Origin: Candidatus Latescibacterota bacterium
Lineage (GTDB): Bacteria > Latescibacterota > UBA2968 > UBA8231
Assembly: GCA_965217585.1 (NCBI GenBank)
Contig: OZ244561.1
Coordinates: forward strand, 6,976,001-7,040,000
DNA: 64,000 bases
Direction of reading: 5' to 3'
Shown: piece after piece, positions 10,032 through 18,843 of the stretch
How the letters are laid out: the number at the start of each line of letters is the position of its first letter
How positions within the stretch are numbered: position 1 is the first letter of the stretch
Made by a program: the position numbers and the translations under genes
The notes under the pieces: model-generated
Database searches by the model: none
What the model was told of the DNA's origin: nothing
What the model saw: the letters and a program-made list of their open reading frames with translations, nothing else

Positions 10032-10400
10032 TTAAGGGCGAAAGCGTATAGAGTATAGGTCGGCGTCTTTCATCACAAAGCGGATGCGGACCGGCTGGCC
10101 GACAAGAGCCCCCACATCAGCGCTGGCTGAACCATACTGTGGCTCCGCATGCCAGGCGACGACGCGCTCAATTTCCATCTCCATAGATCTCGACGCTCTC
10201 GGACAAGTGGTCTCCATCCAGCGGCTGTCCCGTGGCATCCTGTATTTCCACGCGCAGGCTGCCCACCGCAGAGGTCGAGTGGTTGAGGACCAACTATGTA
10301 CCGAGCAGAATCCGTCCGTCCGCAACGTGGCTCTCCGCAACCGTATCGATGGATGCCTGTAGTGCTCTATGTAGTAGAGCGAAAGCTCGGTGGGGCTCCA
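10032..10400 (-). pseudogene. Frameshifted C-terminal relic of a putative glycoside-hydrolase-like (beta-propeller) gene
   Basis: ELSLYYIEHY..RRATLRTDGF, then a shifted frame LVLNHSTSAVGSLRVEIQDATGQPLDG..EIYGD, then back to EIERVVAW..GQPVRIRFVMKDADLYSIRF. The N-terminal bulk is missing. Confidence 0.7.
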
Positions 10401-10510
10401 CCGAAGGAAAGTATCGGACCGGTCGCCCTGAGCAAACCGCCGTTGCAGTCCCAGGGCCAGAACAGCCACCTGCACCGGTTTTGTCACCGCGTCCTATCTC
10501 AACTCTGATA

Positions 10511-13186
10511 TTACTTATCCAGGCCGGCGTACATGGTGATGAATCCCTGGGTGGTAGTATCGGTTCCCTGTTCTTCGAAGTCTTTTCTATCGACCTTCAT
10601 ACCCACTTGGGTCGTGAATGAATAGCCTAAATACTCGCTTACATTCGCAAGCTGCATGGCCACGGCCAGGCCGTTGAAATTATTTGCTTTCTCGCGAAAA
10701 TCGTTGGAAAAGGTGTACTCGATGCCCGACTGTATCTCAGTATGCCTGAGTACCGGGAACCCGAGCAGGAACCCGAAGAGCTCTGTCAGAATATTCTCTT
10801 TCCCCACGGCGAACAACCCAAAGGTCTGCAGACGAAACTCGCTCTTCCATCGCGGTTCTAACCAGAAACGCCCGAGCCTATGGCGATAGTTGGCCTTGTT
10901 GATGACTCCAAAAAAATAGTCGTTGGCGTGCTCCAGACTGTAGGTCTCTCGCTTTTCCGCATCGTCGCGTTGATGGTAGTGCTCGAACTTGACATGGTTG
11001 GACAACTGCAACACCCCGTGAGTATAATCGTGGCCGAGCCAGGTCGCAGTGATCCAGGTATTCCGGGCCAGGAGAGGATCTTCCACCTTTTTCTGCTGCG
11101 CATCCCTCAAGGTGACCTCAGGGAACCACTGGAGCAGATCGTTCGGGATGTCATCTCTGGCTAATTTCACCATTTCTAAAACCCGAAACCGACCGAACTT
11201 GGGGGTATCCTGGTCCAAGGTAAACAGGGCGTAGGAGGTGTGATTGCGCTGGTCGGAGGAGATCAGATCCTCTCGCAGGTGTCCCACCGTAAACCGGACG
11301 CGGGGGGTCAAGTGGTAACCGAAATAGACATTGAAACCACGGTGGTCCTTGGGGTAGGGATAGTCCGGCTCCTCGTCGTTCTCGAACCGGTCTACCCAGA
11401 GATTGTTGTTCATGTCGACCCCGAACAGAAACTCAGGGCGATCCACATTGTGTCTCAGGAAGGCCTCTTCATAGTCTGGGACATCATTGGTACGGAAAAG
11501 GTTATCATTCTGGTTGAAGTCGGGGATGAAGTCGTTGTTCTCATCCCATCCAGGGAAGACCCTGGAGTCTCCTTGGCGCCAGTCGGCGCGAATCGCGTCG
11601 GGGAAGCGGTCCTGGTCGTCATTATCGTCGACCAGTTCCACGATGTTCTGGCGTTCGTCCTCATAGTCGATGAACCCATCCCCCAACGTGACGAAGGACC
11701 GCGTGCTGTAGAGCGGATCCATGCTATAGGCCTCGCTGAAGAAGAACCAAGGATAGGCGATCCTGGAGAGGTTGAGCATCCAAGCCTCATCCGTCCGATT
11801 CCCCGAAACTCCCGAGGAGGTCGAGTGAGTCTTGCGGGTGACATTGGGATACTTCCGGTAGATCAGGCCCAGGTCGTACTCGCCGTAGAAATCAAAGCCC
11901 CACACATTCTGCAACTCTATCGTGCCGCCGACGATCTGATGCGCCGTTGGCAGGCCGTATTCGAACTTGAGGACCCTCAGGTTGGTATTGTCCTGGACGT
12001 TCCCAGCAGCCTGGGAAACCAGCAGCAGAACCGAGTTGTCGTTGGAATTGAGCTGACGGTCGGAGGTCATCCAGATCTGGTAGTCGTTTCCCACGGTCAT
12101 GCTGAACTCCACCTTCATGATCTCCTCCTTGCTCCCGCTGGCCCGATTCACGAAGGCGGGGGTGTCGAAGTCGTAGCGGATCCGGATCTCCTCGGTACCG
12201 TCGGCCGCAAGGAACCCCTCCTGCACGAAACCTCCCTGGATGACTGGCTTGAAGCGGATGTCTTTTCCCTTGTCGGTCTTCCCATTCGTGTAGGTGATGA
12301 AAATATCCAGGCCTGCCGGGAAGAACGCCGCACCACCCGTCCCATCATCCGGGGAATCGTCCCTGAGCACGAGCTCAATGAAGGAGATAGTGGAATTCTG
12401 ACTGATCGTCAGAGCGCCCGCTATCGGGTTGCCCTTGAACCCGCTTACCAAGGTGTTGGACTGGTGAGTGTTGACGAAGTGCAGCCCTAAGGTGGTGAAA
12501 TCCCCGACCTGAGCCGTTGCGCGCCCCCCCATCAGCGTGGTGAGATTGGTTCTAAGTTGTTCTAGATCGTTTGTCGAGCCCCCTCCGGGACTGCTGATGC
12601 GCGAGAAGATCAGGGTCCCCTGGTACTTGTCCGTGGCGAAGTCGAACTGGATCCCATCCCAGCGTGGCTTCGAGAAGCTCATAGGGGTCAGGGTTGTACG
12701 GAGTTCGTCTCCTACAGTCAGAGAGTAATGGTACTGGCCCTTCTGGTCGGAGGCGATGGCCACCTTTGAGAACCACTGCTCGAACCTCCTCGCCTTTATC
12801 AGAGAATTCCCGAACTGGAGAGGTTGTATCTGAGAGTTGGTAAAGATCAACCAGCCGCGAGTGACAAAATTGCCAAACAGATCGTAGAAGTAGTCGCCTT
12901 CCAGGTCTATATTGACATATCTTTGGTAGTGTTGTCTGGCATAATTGCTGTATTCCCATTGCTTCCACCGATACTCATTGTAGAGTTCCTGAGGGACGTA
13001 CCACTTCTTGACTGCCGGGTCCAGGGCGTCGAACAGGACGCCCGGCCCATAAGGGGCGAAACTGACTGCCCCGCCTCGCTGCACCCCTAGCCGCGTTCCA
13101 TAGTCCTGAGCCAGAGAGGGCCCCAGAGTGGCAATCAAAACCAAGACAACCGCAACGGGTGCAATATATCTTTTCCTGCGTTTCAT
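10511..13186 (-). CDS. Large secreted, putative outer-membrane beta-rich protein with Asp/Asn-rich Ca-binding-like insert (subtype I)
   Basis: Signal peptide SLA-Q; GDELRTTLTP, DDSPDDG, VGNDY, DDNDDQDRFPD..FPGWDENND..PDY..GVDMNNN..EPDYPY; alternating beta-strands toward the C-terminus (FITMYAGLDK). RBS AGGGAGG. Confidence 0.85.
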   Translation of the reverse strand: MKRRKRYIAPVAVVLVLIATLGPSLAQDYGTRLGVQRGGAVSFAPYGPGVLFDALDPAVKKWYVPQELYNEYRWKQWEYSNYARQHYQRYVNIDLEGDYFYDLFGNFVTRGWLIFTNSQIQPLQFGNSLIKARRFEQWFSKVAIASDQKGQYHYSLTVGDELRTTLTPMSFSKPRWDGIQFDFATDKYQGTLIFSRISSPGGGSTNDLEQLRTNLTTLMGGRATAQVGDFTTLGLHFVNTHQSNTLVSGFKGNPIAGALTISQNSTISFIELVLRDDSPDDGTGGAAFFPAGLDIFITYTNGKTDKGKDIRFKPVIQGGFVQEGFLAADGTEEIRIRYDFDTPAFVNRASGSKEEIMKVEFSMTVGNDYQIWMTSDRQLNSNDNSVLLLVSQAAGNVQDNTNLRVLKFEYGLPTAHQIVGGTIELQNVWGFDFYGEYDLGLIYRKYPNVTRKTHSTSSGVSGNRTDEAWMLNLSRIAYPWFFFSEAYSMDPLYSTRSFVTLGDGFIDYEDERQNIVELVDDNDDQDRFPDAIRADWRQGDSRVFPGWDENNDFIPDFNQNDNLFRTNDVPDYEEAFLRHNVDRPEFLFGVDMNNNLWVDRFENDEEPDYPYPKDHRGFNVYFGYHLTPRVRFTVGHLREDLISSDQRNHTSYALFTLDQDTPKFGRFRVLEMVKLARDDIPNDLLQWFPEVTLRDAQQKKVEDPLLARNTWITATWLGHDYTHGVLQLSNHVKFEHYHQRDDAEKRETYSLEHANDYFFGVINKANYRHRLGRFWLEPRWKSEFRLQTFGLFAVGKENILTELFGFLLGFPVLRHTEIQSGIEYTFSNDFREKANNFNGLAVAMQLANVSEYLGYSFTTQVGMKVDRKDFEEQGTDTTTQGFITMYAGLDK

Positions 13187-13339
13187 AGCCCCTCCCTTTT
13201 GGGCAAATGATGCACAGTCGAGTGGTGCCCGACCTAAGAGGTTCTGCTTATACTCAACGCTGGCCTAGACGGTACTTTATTTGGGATAGGCTTCCACGGT
13301 GTCCTAGTCAAGGCAGATGTAGAGGCCTTTTCCGATGTT

Positions 13340-16300
13340 TCAATAAGCCACAGCTACTACGAGGGATAGGGTCTTTCCTTTAGCTTCCCCCGAATCTGCT
13401 CCCAGATGGATCTGGCAGATGTAGAGCCCTGGTGGAAGGATGCTGCCTCCTTTGTCCACTCCTGTCCATCTGAACACATGTGGTCCTCCATGGGCCATCT
13501 TGACGTCCTCCCACATCAGTCGGCCATCCAGGGCATAGATCCGCATCCGGGCCTCCCGCTCCGCGGTCACTCTGAATACGGAGAAGGCAACTTCTAGGAC
13601 ATCGTTCACCCCGTCTCCATTGGGGGTGAAGGGGTTAGGGGAGAGCACCAACTCGTCGATGATCTTCCCGCCTACGGGCACGGAAATGGTCAGGCTACTA
13701 CCTGAAGTCAGGATCGTAGCATCCCCGGGATCCACCTGCTGCCACAGAAAGTCGCCGGCATCCGAGATTTGATCGGCTTTCCGCACAAAGGCCTTCAGGG
13801 TGGTCCCGTTCAAGAAGACAGTGGAGGCAAAGCGCACCTGAACCAGGCGTCCGGTGCCGATGACTGTCCCCCGCACTGATCGTTCGAGTGCGTTATACGT
13901 GTCGGGCGTCAGAGAGTCCCCCCTGGCATCGAACGAAAATTCGGCTCCAGCCCCGACCAGCTTGCGGAAATAGCGGACCGGCCCCTGCTTCTCCGGATCG
14001 AGTTCATCGTAGGTGAACTGATTGGCGACCTCCTCGAATCTCAGGTTCCCCACACTATCGGTGGTCTTCTTAAAGAAAAGGCTCCTGCCTCGTTCCGAGT
14101 CGGGGAGAAGCCCGTACGCGGCTTCTGTAAGGATATCCCCATCGTGCCCCACCGGCACTTCGTCGCCTTCAGAAGTGACGCGGTTGTAGACCTTGGGAGC
14201 GAGAGCGACAGGCACGCTCTGCATGGAGGCGGGTAAACGAACCCACAGAGAGTCCCCTCCTTCCCGAAATACATCCAATGCGTCGCCCGAGGCGCTGAGG
14301 AACCCACCTTCCGAGACACGCTGAAAATTCTGGTAGACCTGCCCCTCCCGGAATTCCTCTTCGGTTCCGGTGCTCACACTCAGCAGGTGGAGATCGACCC
14401 CTTCAGGGGCACTCAGCAGCATCTCGTCGAACCCGGCTGTCTGGGCGGAGAAAGGTGCATCGATGAAGGTTGGACGCAGATAGATCTCGAAGGTATCCAG
14501 CCGACCAGGAATGGTCTCCTGAGGCCATACCTCTCCCACCACGCGCTGCGCCACTGGATCAAACAGCTCTACCTCAATCGAGCCAATCGAGGCGGTTTTC
14601 CAGCGGTCTTCGCTGGTAAATTTCACTTGCAGCTGCATGAAATTCCGCAGCCCTGGAGAGGTCACCCGCTCACCCGAACGGACATACTTCCGACTCCATG
14701 GGCTCCAACCTCCTCCGAGGGCAAAAGAGGTATCCACCGGGCCCTGGTACTTGCTGAACAGCTCCTCCCACTCCTTTGGGGTTTTCTCGAATCCCGAGGC
14801 GTCAAAGTAGCGAATCTGCTCTACCAGCAGGTCCCCCGTCCGGGTGCGGATCTCCACCGAGGTTCCCTCTGGCTGGTCCTCCGGGCTCCACCTGACCGCG
14901 CCCAGACTGCGCGGGCCAGGCATGCGGATGAAATCAGAGGTCATCTCAGCCTCTGTGATATAGCCCTCGGAAAAAAACTGGAGCTCAGAGACAGTGCCCG
15001 CCAGTACTCTGTATCCCCCTCCAACGTCAAGATTAGTCGTCAAGAGCCTCATACCCAGGTACCGGATCCGGAGCGGAGGATCGTAGAAGTCTGCGAAATG
15101 CCTGAACCGATCTACTTCGTTATTTTCACGCTCAACAGGGCTGACCCTGCGCCACTTGAGTTCCCCCCTAGCATCCCGTGCTCCGTCCGAGGCCTGGACA
15201 ATATAGCCGTCTACGGATCCCGCCAGACGCATTGCGTCCAGCCACACGAGGGCACCCATATCGACGGTCATAATCCCTACTTCCGAGAGAGGAGACCAGA
15301 CCTGCCACCTGAAGTTCGTACTCGCGTCCCCGTCGAATCCATTGCTGGCTATGTACGGCCCCGTCAGGTCCACACTGCCACCCTTTCCCAACACCCCCGG
15401 GGCGAGGTTGTCACCCCAGCCCCAGACCTCGACTTCACTCAACCGGGGCCGTTCGCGGATATAGTAATCCTTCCTCCCCTGCCGTTCTGGACCAAGGCCT
15501 TCGTAGGTCGACTGGTCCACCGGTTCCTCAAAACCGGTCTCATCCTGGATGTAGTAGAGGATATCCCCCTGCTCCTCGGACGGAAGCACTTCCCACTCTT
15601 CTTTAGAGAGCTGCCGCGCCCTGAAGCGTTTGCTATCGGTGACCAGGATCCGGATCGTCTCGGCTATCCGGCCTGTCCATTTGGGATCCGAAGCGGACTG
15701 CGCGAACCTGGGCTCTTCCTCGGTGCTGAGGACGAAGGTCCGCTGTTCGGTATTAGGCGCTACTGTGCCGCCGACCAGACTGAAATCGAGCTTGTTATCC
15801 GCGTCCTCTATAAACTCCTGTTCAGGAGAGACCAGCACGCGGAACTGGCGAAAGGGATCTCCCGTCTCTTCGTCGACAAAGTGCAGTACGATCTTTTCGA
15901 CGACCACTACCCGGCCCAGGTCAATCTCCACCCACCAGTCGGTGCTGTTAGCGGCCAGATCGGGTTCCCAGTAGGTGGTCGGATTCCCGTCGATAATGTT
16001 CGGGGCATCATCCGGGTTTGATCCCACCCGGCTGATCCCTGTCTGGACGAAGTAGTCGTAGGCCGGAAAATTCTCTTTGTCTTTTGTCTCGAACTTCCGG
16101 GTGGAGCGCACTCCTGTGCTGACGTTTTTCAGCAACAGGGTCACCTCTTTCGCACCACTCATCGAGGTGTCGGTGACGGTGTAGAGTTGGCCGCCAAGGA
16201 CAATCTGGGTCTCGTTCCCTGGGAACCTCCGGAAGTCCGAATTCAGGTATTTTCCTACCTTCTGCTCTTCGAGCTTCAGGTCCCCGTCTCGAGTTCTTAC

Positions 16301-16639
16301 GAGGGTACGGCCTATGCTCATAATCGCCCTGTCGTCCCTCCTGATATTCGGCTGTTCGATAGCCCGTCTGAACGTCTCCCGATCCTCCTCGATTAAATTG
16401 TATATTCGCCGGAAGGCATGGGGCCGGACCACGCCATCGGAGGTGATATCTAGGACGTGTCTGGGCATGGTCCAGTGCTCCCAGTGGCCCTGCGTATCGA
16501 CCATGATCTTCGAATCGGTAACCCGGTGGCCTTGGGCAGGCTGTGCGCGAACGATACAGACTCCACCCACCAGTGCTCCAAAACACAGAGCGCCCACCAG
16601 CCTCAGGACGGTCCAATGGCTGTAACATTTTCTTTCCAT
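13340..16639 (-). CDS. Secreted discoidin/Ig/FlgD-tail protein, subtype beta (about 1099 aa)
   Basis: Start at ATG 16639 behind GAGGAGGA; signal peptide; DWWVEIDLGR, RTRTG, WSPWS, PNPFTPNGDGVND; ends VAVAY. Confidence 0.85.
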   Translation of the reverse strand: MERKCYSHWTVLRLVGALCFGALVGGVCIVRAQPAQGHRVTDSKIMVDTQGHWEHWTMPRHVLDITSDGVVRPHAFRRIYNLIEEDRETFRRAIEQPNIRRDDRAIMSIGRTLVRTRDGDLKLEEQKVGKYLNSDFRRFPGNETQIVLGGQLYTVTDTSMSGAKEVTLLLKNVSTGVRSTRKFETKDKENFPAYDYFVQTGISRVGSNPDDAPNIIDGNPTTYWEPDLAANSTDWWVEIDLGRVVVVEKIVLHFVDEETGDPFRQFRVLVSPEQEFIEDADNKLDFSLVGGTVAPNTEQRTFVLSTEEEPRFAQSASDPKWTGRIAETIRILVTDSKRFRARQLSKEEWEVLPSEEQGDILYYIQDETGFEEPVDQSTYEGLGPERQGRKDYYIRERPRLSEVEVWGWGDNLAPGVLGKGGSVDLTGPYIASNGFDGDASTNFRWQVWSPLSEVGIMTVDMGALVWLDAMRLAGSVDGYIVQASDGARDARGELKWRRVSPVERENNEVDRFRHFADFYDPPLRIRYLGMRLLTTNLDVGGGYRVLAGTVSELQFFSEGYITEAEMTSDFIRMPGPRSLGAVRWSPEDQPEGTSVEIRTRTGDLLVEQIRYFDASGFEKTPKEWEELFSKYQGPVDTSFALGGGWSPWSRKYVRSGERVTSPGLRNFMQLQVKFTSEDRWKTASIGSIEVELFDPVAQRVVGEVWPQETIPGRLDTFEIYLRPTFIDAPFSAQTAGFDEMLLSAPEGVDLHLLSVSTGTEEEFREGQVYQNFQRVSEGGFLSASGDALDVFREGGDSLWVRLPASMQSVPVALAPKVYNRVTSEGDEVPVGHDGDILTEAAYGLLPDSERGRSLFFKKTTDSVGNLRFEEVANQFTYDELDPEKQGPVRYFRKLVGAGAEFSFDARGDSLTPDTYNALERSVRGTVIGTGRLVQVRFASTVFLNGTTLKAFVRKADQISDAGDFLWQQVDPGDATILTSGSSLTISVPVGGKIIDELVLSPNPFTPNGDGVNDVLEVAFSVFRVTAEREARMRIYALDGRLMWEDVKMAHGGPHVFRWTGVDKGGSILPPGLYICQIHLGADSGEAKGKTLSLVVAVAY

Positions 16640-16671
16640 CTGAATCCTCCTCGGCGTTAGTTCTCGATCCT

Positions 16672-18738
16672 TCAGTAGACGACCGCCAGAGGTCGCACCT
16701 GGGTGTCGGCACGGTTGTCTCCTTCCACGGAAACTTGGAGCAGGTAGATCCCCGGCGGGACCCGATGTCCATCGTTGTCGGCTCCATCCCACCCATGCAG
16801 ATAACGGCCGCTTTGCTGCAACCCGTCGTGCAGGGTGTGAAGCACTCTGCCGGCCAAGTCGTAGACCCGGACCACCACCCTGCCTGTTTTCGTCAGCGTG
16901 AGAACATTGTAGACCACGGAGATCTGGTCGTTGATTCCGTCCCCGTTCGGGGTAAAGGGATTTGGAGTCGCCTCGAAGGCATCGATCAGACGCCCTTTGA
17001 GGACGGAAGGGCTGAAGACCGTGATGCCGGACAGGTTCGGGTCATCCCCTTCCCCCAGATCGGCGGTATTTCCAGGAGCGATGTTCTGGAAGGCTCCCGA
17101 CTCCGTGGACAGGGATGCCCGCCCCTTGAATTCCGTGCTGAAGACCAGCACCGAGGCGCGAAAGGTGATCTTGAGCAGGTCATCGTTCTCCTGGATGAGC
17201 GGAAAACGGACGCCAAACCTGTTGTCTTCAACCGAGGTGATCCAGAAGGGCCCCTCTCCCAGGGTATCGAGATCAGTGAAGGTATGCTCTGCCACCAAGC
17301 CCCCCTGGGAGTCCAGGATCTCGATCCGTTCCACCGCTTCCACGCGGAGGGGCGTGGAGACTTCAAATGTGTCGAACCCGCGCAGCCCCGGGGTCTCTAT
17401 CTTGGGGCTCACAGCATAGGTGAACAACGTGGAGGTGGAGGCCTCCACCTCGCGGGGAAAAATCTCTGCCACCAGCTCCTCGGACAGAGGCGGCGACAGG
17501 TATTCCAAGGATATGCGGTCCAGAACCCGGGCAGACTCTAAGTCTTCGCTCAGCACCTGGACCCTGAACTGTATGTACCGTCGGGGGCCGGGCGAGAGGA
17601 TTGAGGTCCCGGCTTCTGTGCTTCCCTCGGGGGTATAGGGGGAACTCCAGGGGCTCCAGTTCTCCAGGTCGTTCTTGACCGAACCATGCGTCCACTCTAC
17701 GTCGGCAGCGTCCGCCATGGGAAGTTCGCTGTATTCCTCCCGGGTCAATGGCTGCCCGCGGTTGACTATAGAAGTCGGTATCTCCGGGGCATCTCTCTTG
17801 TCTGCCAGCTTTCGAGTGTAGACAAACGGCGTTTCATCGTTTCCGGTACGGGTCGAGATGAGCAGATGGGACTTGCTTGAGTCGCCTACTGCACGTTCGA
17901 CCCACTGAATGTTGCCCCATGAGGCGAATCCCAGGTCGAACACGTCCGAGATGTACTGGGCAGTAGGGAGAAAGCCCGTCCCGTAGACCTCGATCTCGTC
18001 AATCTCGAAATTGATGGGTGTGGCCGAGCGCAGCCGGACGGATCGGATATACTGCGGCGGGTCGAGGACCACATCGACCACGGGCTCCCTATTGTCCTTG
18101 TTCTCCGCCAGGAGTTCCCAGATGGGGTTGCCCCCTCTGTTGAGATTGAGCCCGTCGTTTACGAAGAGCTCGAAGGCTCTCATGAAGTCGTTTTGGAAGG
18201 GCGTTGAGGGTGCCGGGTGTACAGTGTTGCGGGGATAGAAGCGGATTCGGTTGACCCCGAATCGGGCACCGAGATCAATTATGATCAGCATGCCCAAGGC
18301 GTTAAAGTTCTTCCGTTCGAAAGCCAGAAGCTCTCCCCCTCTATCCTCGCTGAGGAGTTCCTCCAAGGCCAATTCGAGGTCCGGGAGCCTGAAATTGTCG
18401 GTGAAATCCAGGACGGTGGGGGCGCGGATATTCCCTCCTCGCTCTTTCGTGCTGACAGCTATGTTCTCCCCCTCGCTTAACTGCCTGGGGACGAGGCTTT
18501 CCCGGTAATCCGGGTGGTTGAAGTCAATCAGCCCTCCCGGCGTGTTCCCGATCAGAATCTCGTTGGGGTCCAGGGCGCGGTACTCCGGATCGATGGTGAT
18601 CAAGTCCGCACCTGACCCATCCCACCTGATCGAACCCTCTTTCCCGAGACTAAGTGTCTCCAGGGCGATCGCTGAATCAAGTATACATACCACGGTAACC
18701 CATCCGCAGAAAAGAGGCAGGAGGTTCCTCTTGGCCAT
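16672..18738 (-). CDS. Secreted discoidin/Ig/FlgD-tail protein, subtype alpha
   Basis: Start at ATG 18738 behind AAGGAGGT; IDLGARFGVNRIRFYPR, EIEVYGTGF, SPGPRRYIQF, PNPFTPNGDGIND; ends LAVVY. Confidence 0.85.
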   Translation of the reverse strand: MAKRNLLPLFCGWVTVVCILDSAIALETLSLGKEGSIRWDGSGADLITIDPEYRALDPNEILIGNTPGGLIDFNHPDYRESLVPRQLSEGENIAVSTKERGGNIRAPTVLDFTDNFRLPDLELALEELLSEDRGGELLAFERKNFNALGMLIIIDLGARFGVNRIRFYPRNTVHPAPSTPFQNDFMRAFELFVNDGLNLNRGGNPIWELLAENKDNREPVVDVVLDPPQYIRSVRLRSATPINFEIDEIEVYGTGFLPTAQYISDVFDLGFASWGNIQWVERAVGDSSKSHLLISTRTGNDETPFVYTRKLADKRDAPEIPTSIVNRGQPLTREEYSELPMADAADVEWTHGSVKNDLENWSPWSSPYTPEGSTEAGTSILSPGPRRYIQFRVQVLSEDLESARVLDRISLEYLSPPLSEELVAEIFPREVEASTSTLFTYAVSPKIETPGLRGFDTFEVSTPLRVEAVERIEILDSQGGLVAEHTFTDLDTLGEGPFWITSVEDNRFGVRFPLIQENDDLLKITFRASVLVFSTEFKGRASLSTESGAFQNIAPGNTADLGEGDDPNLSGITVFSPSVLKGRLIDAFEATPNPFTPNGDGINDQISVVYNVLTLTKTGRVVVRVYDLAGRVLHTLHDGLQQSGRYLHGWDGADNDGHRVPPGIYLLQVSVEGDNRADTQVRPLAVVY

Positions 18739-18843
18739 CCAATGACCTCCTTGCAGGCTTGAGGTTTTCACATCTGCCCGTTTACAGTCCATCTCCCAAC
18801 CCGGCGATGAATCTCCGCACTACACCACCCATAAACGACCGGC

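Noticed and set aside
11240-12490. 416-aa plus-strand ORF (and similar long antisense ORFs at 14387..16021, 42284..43654, 61542..62960)
   Set aside because: Antisense shadows of well-supported genes in GC-rich DNA; no recognisable motifs.
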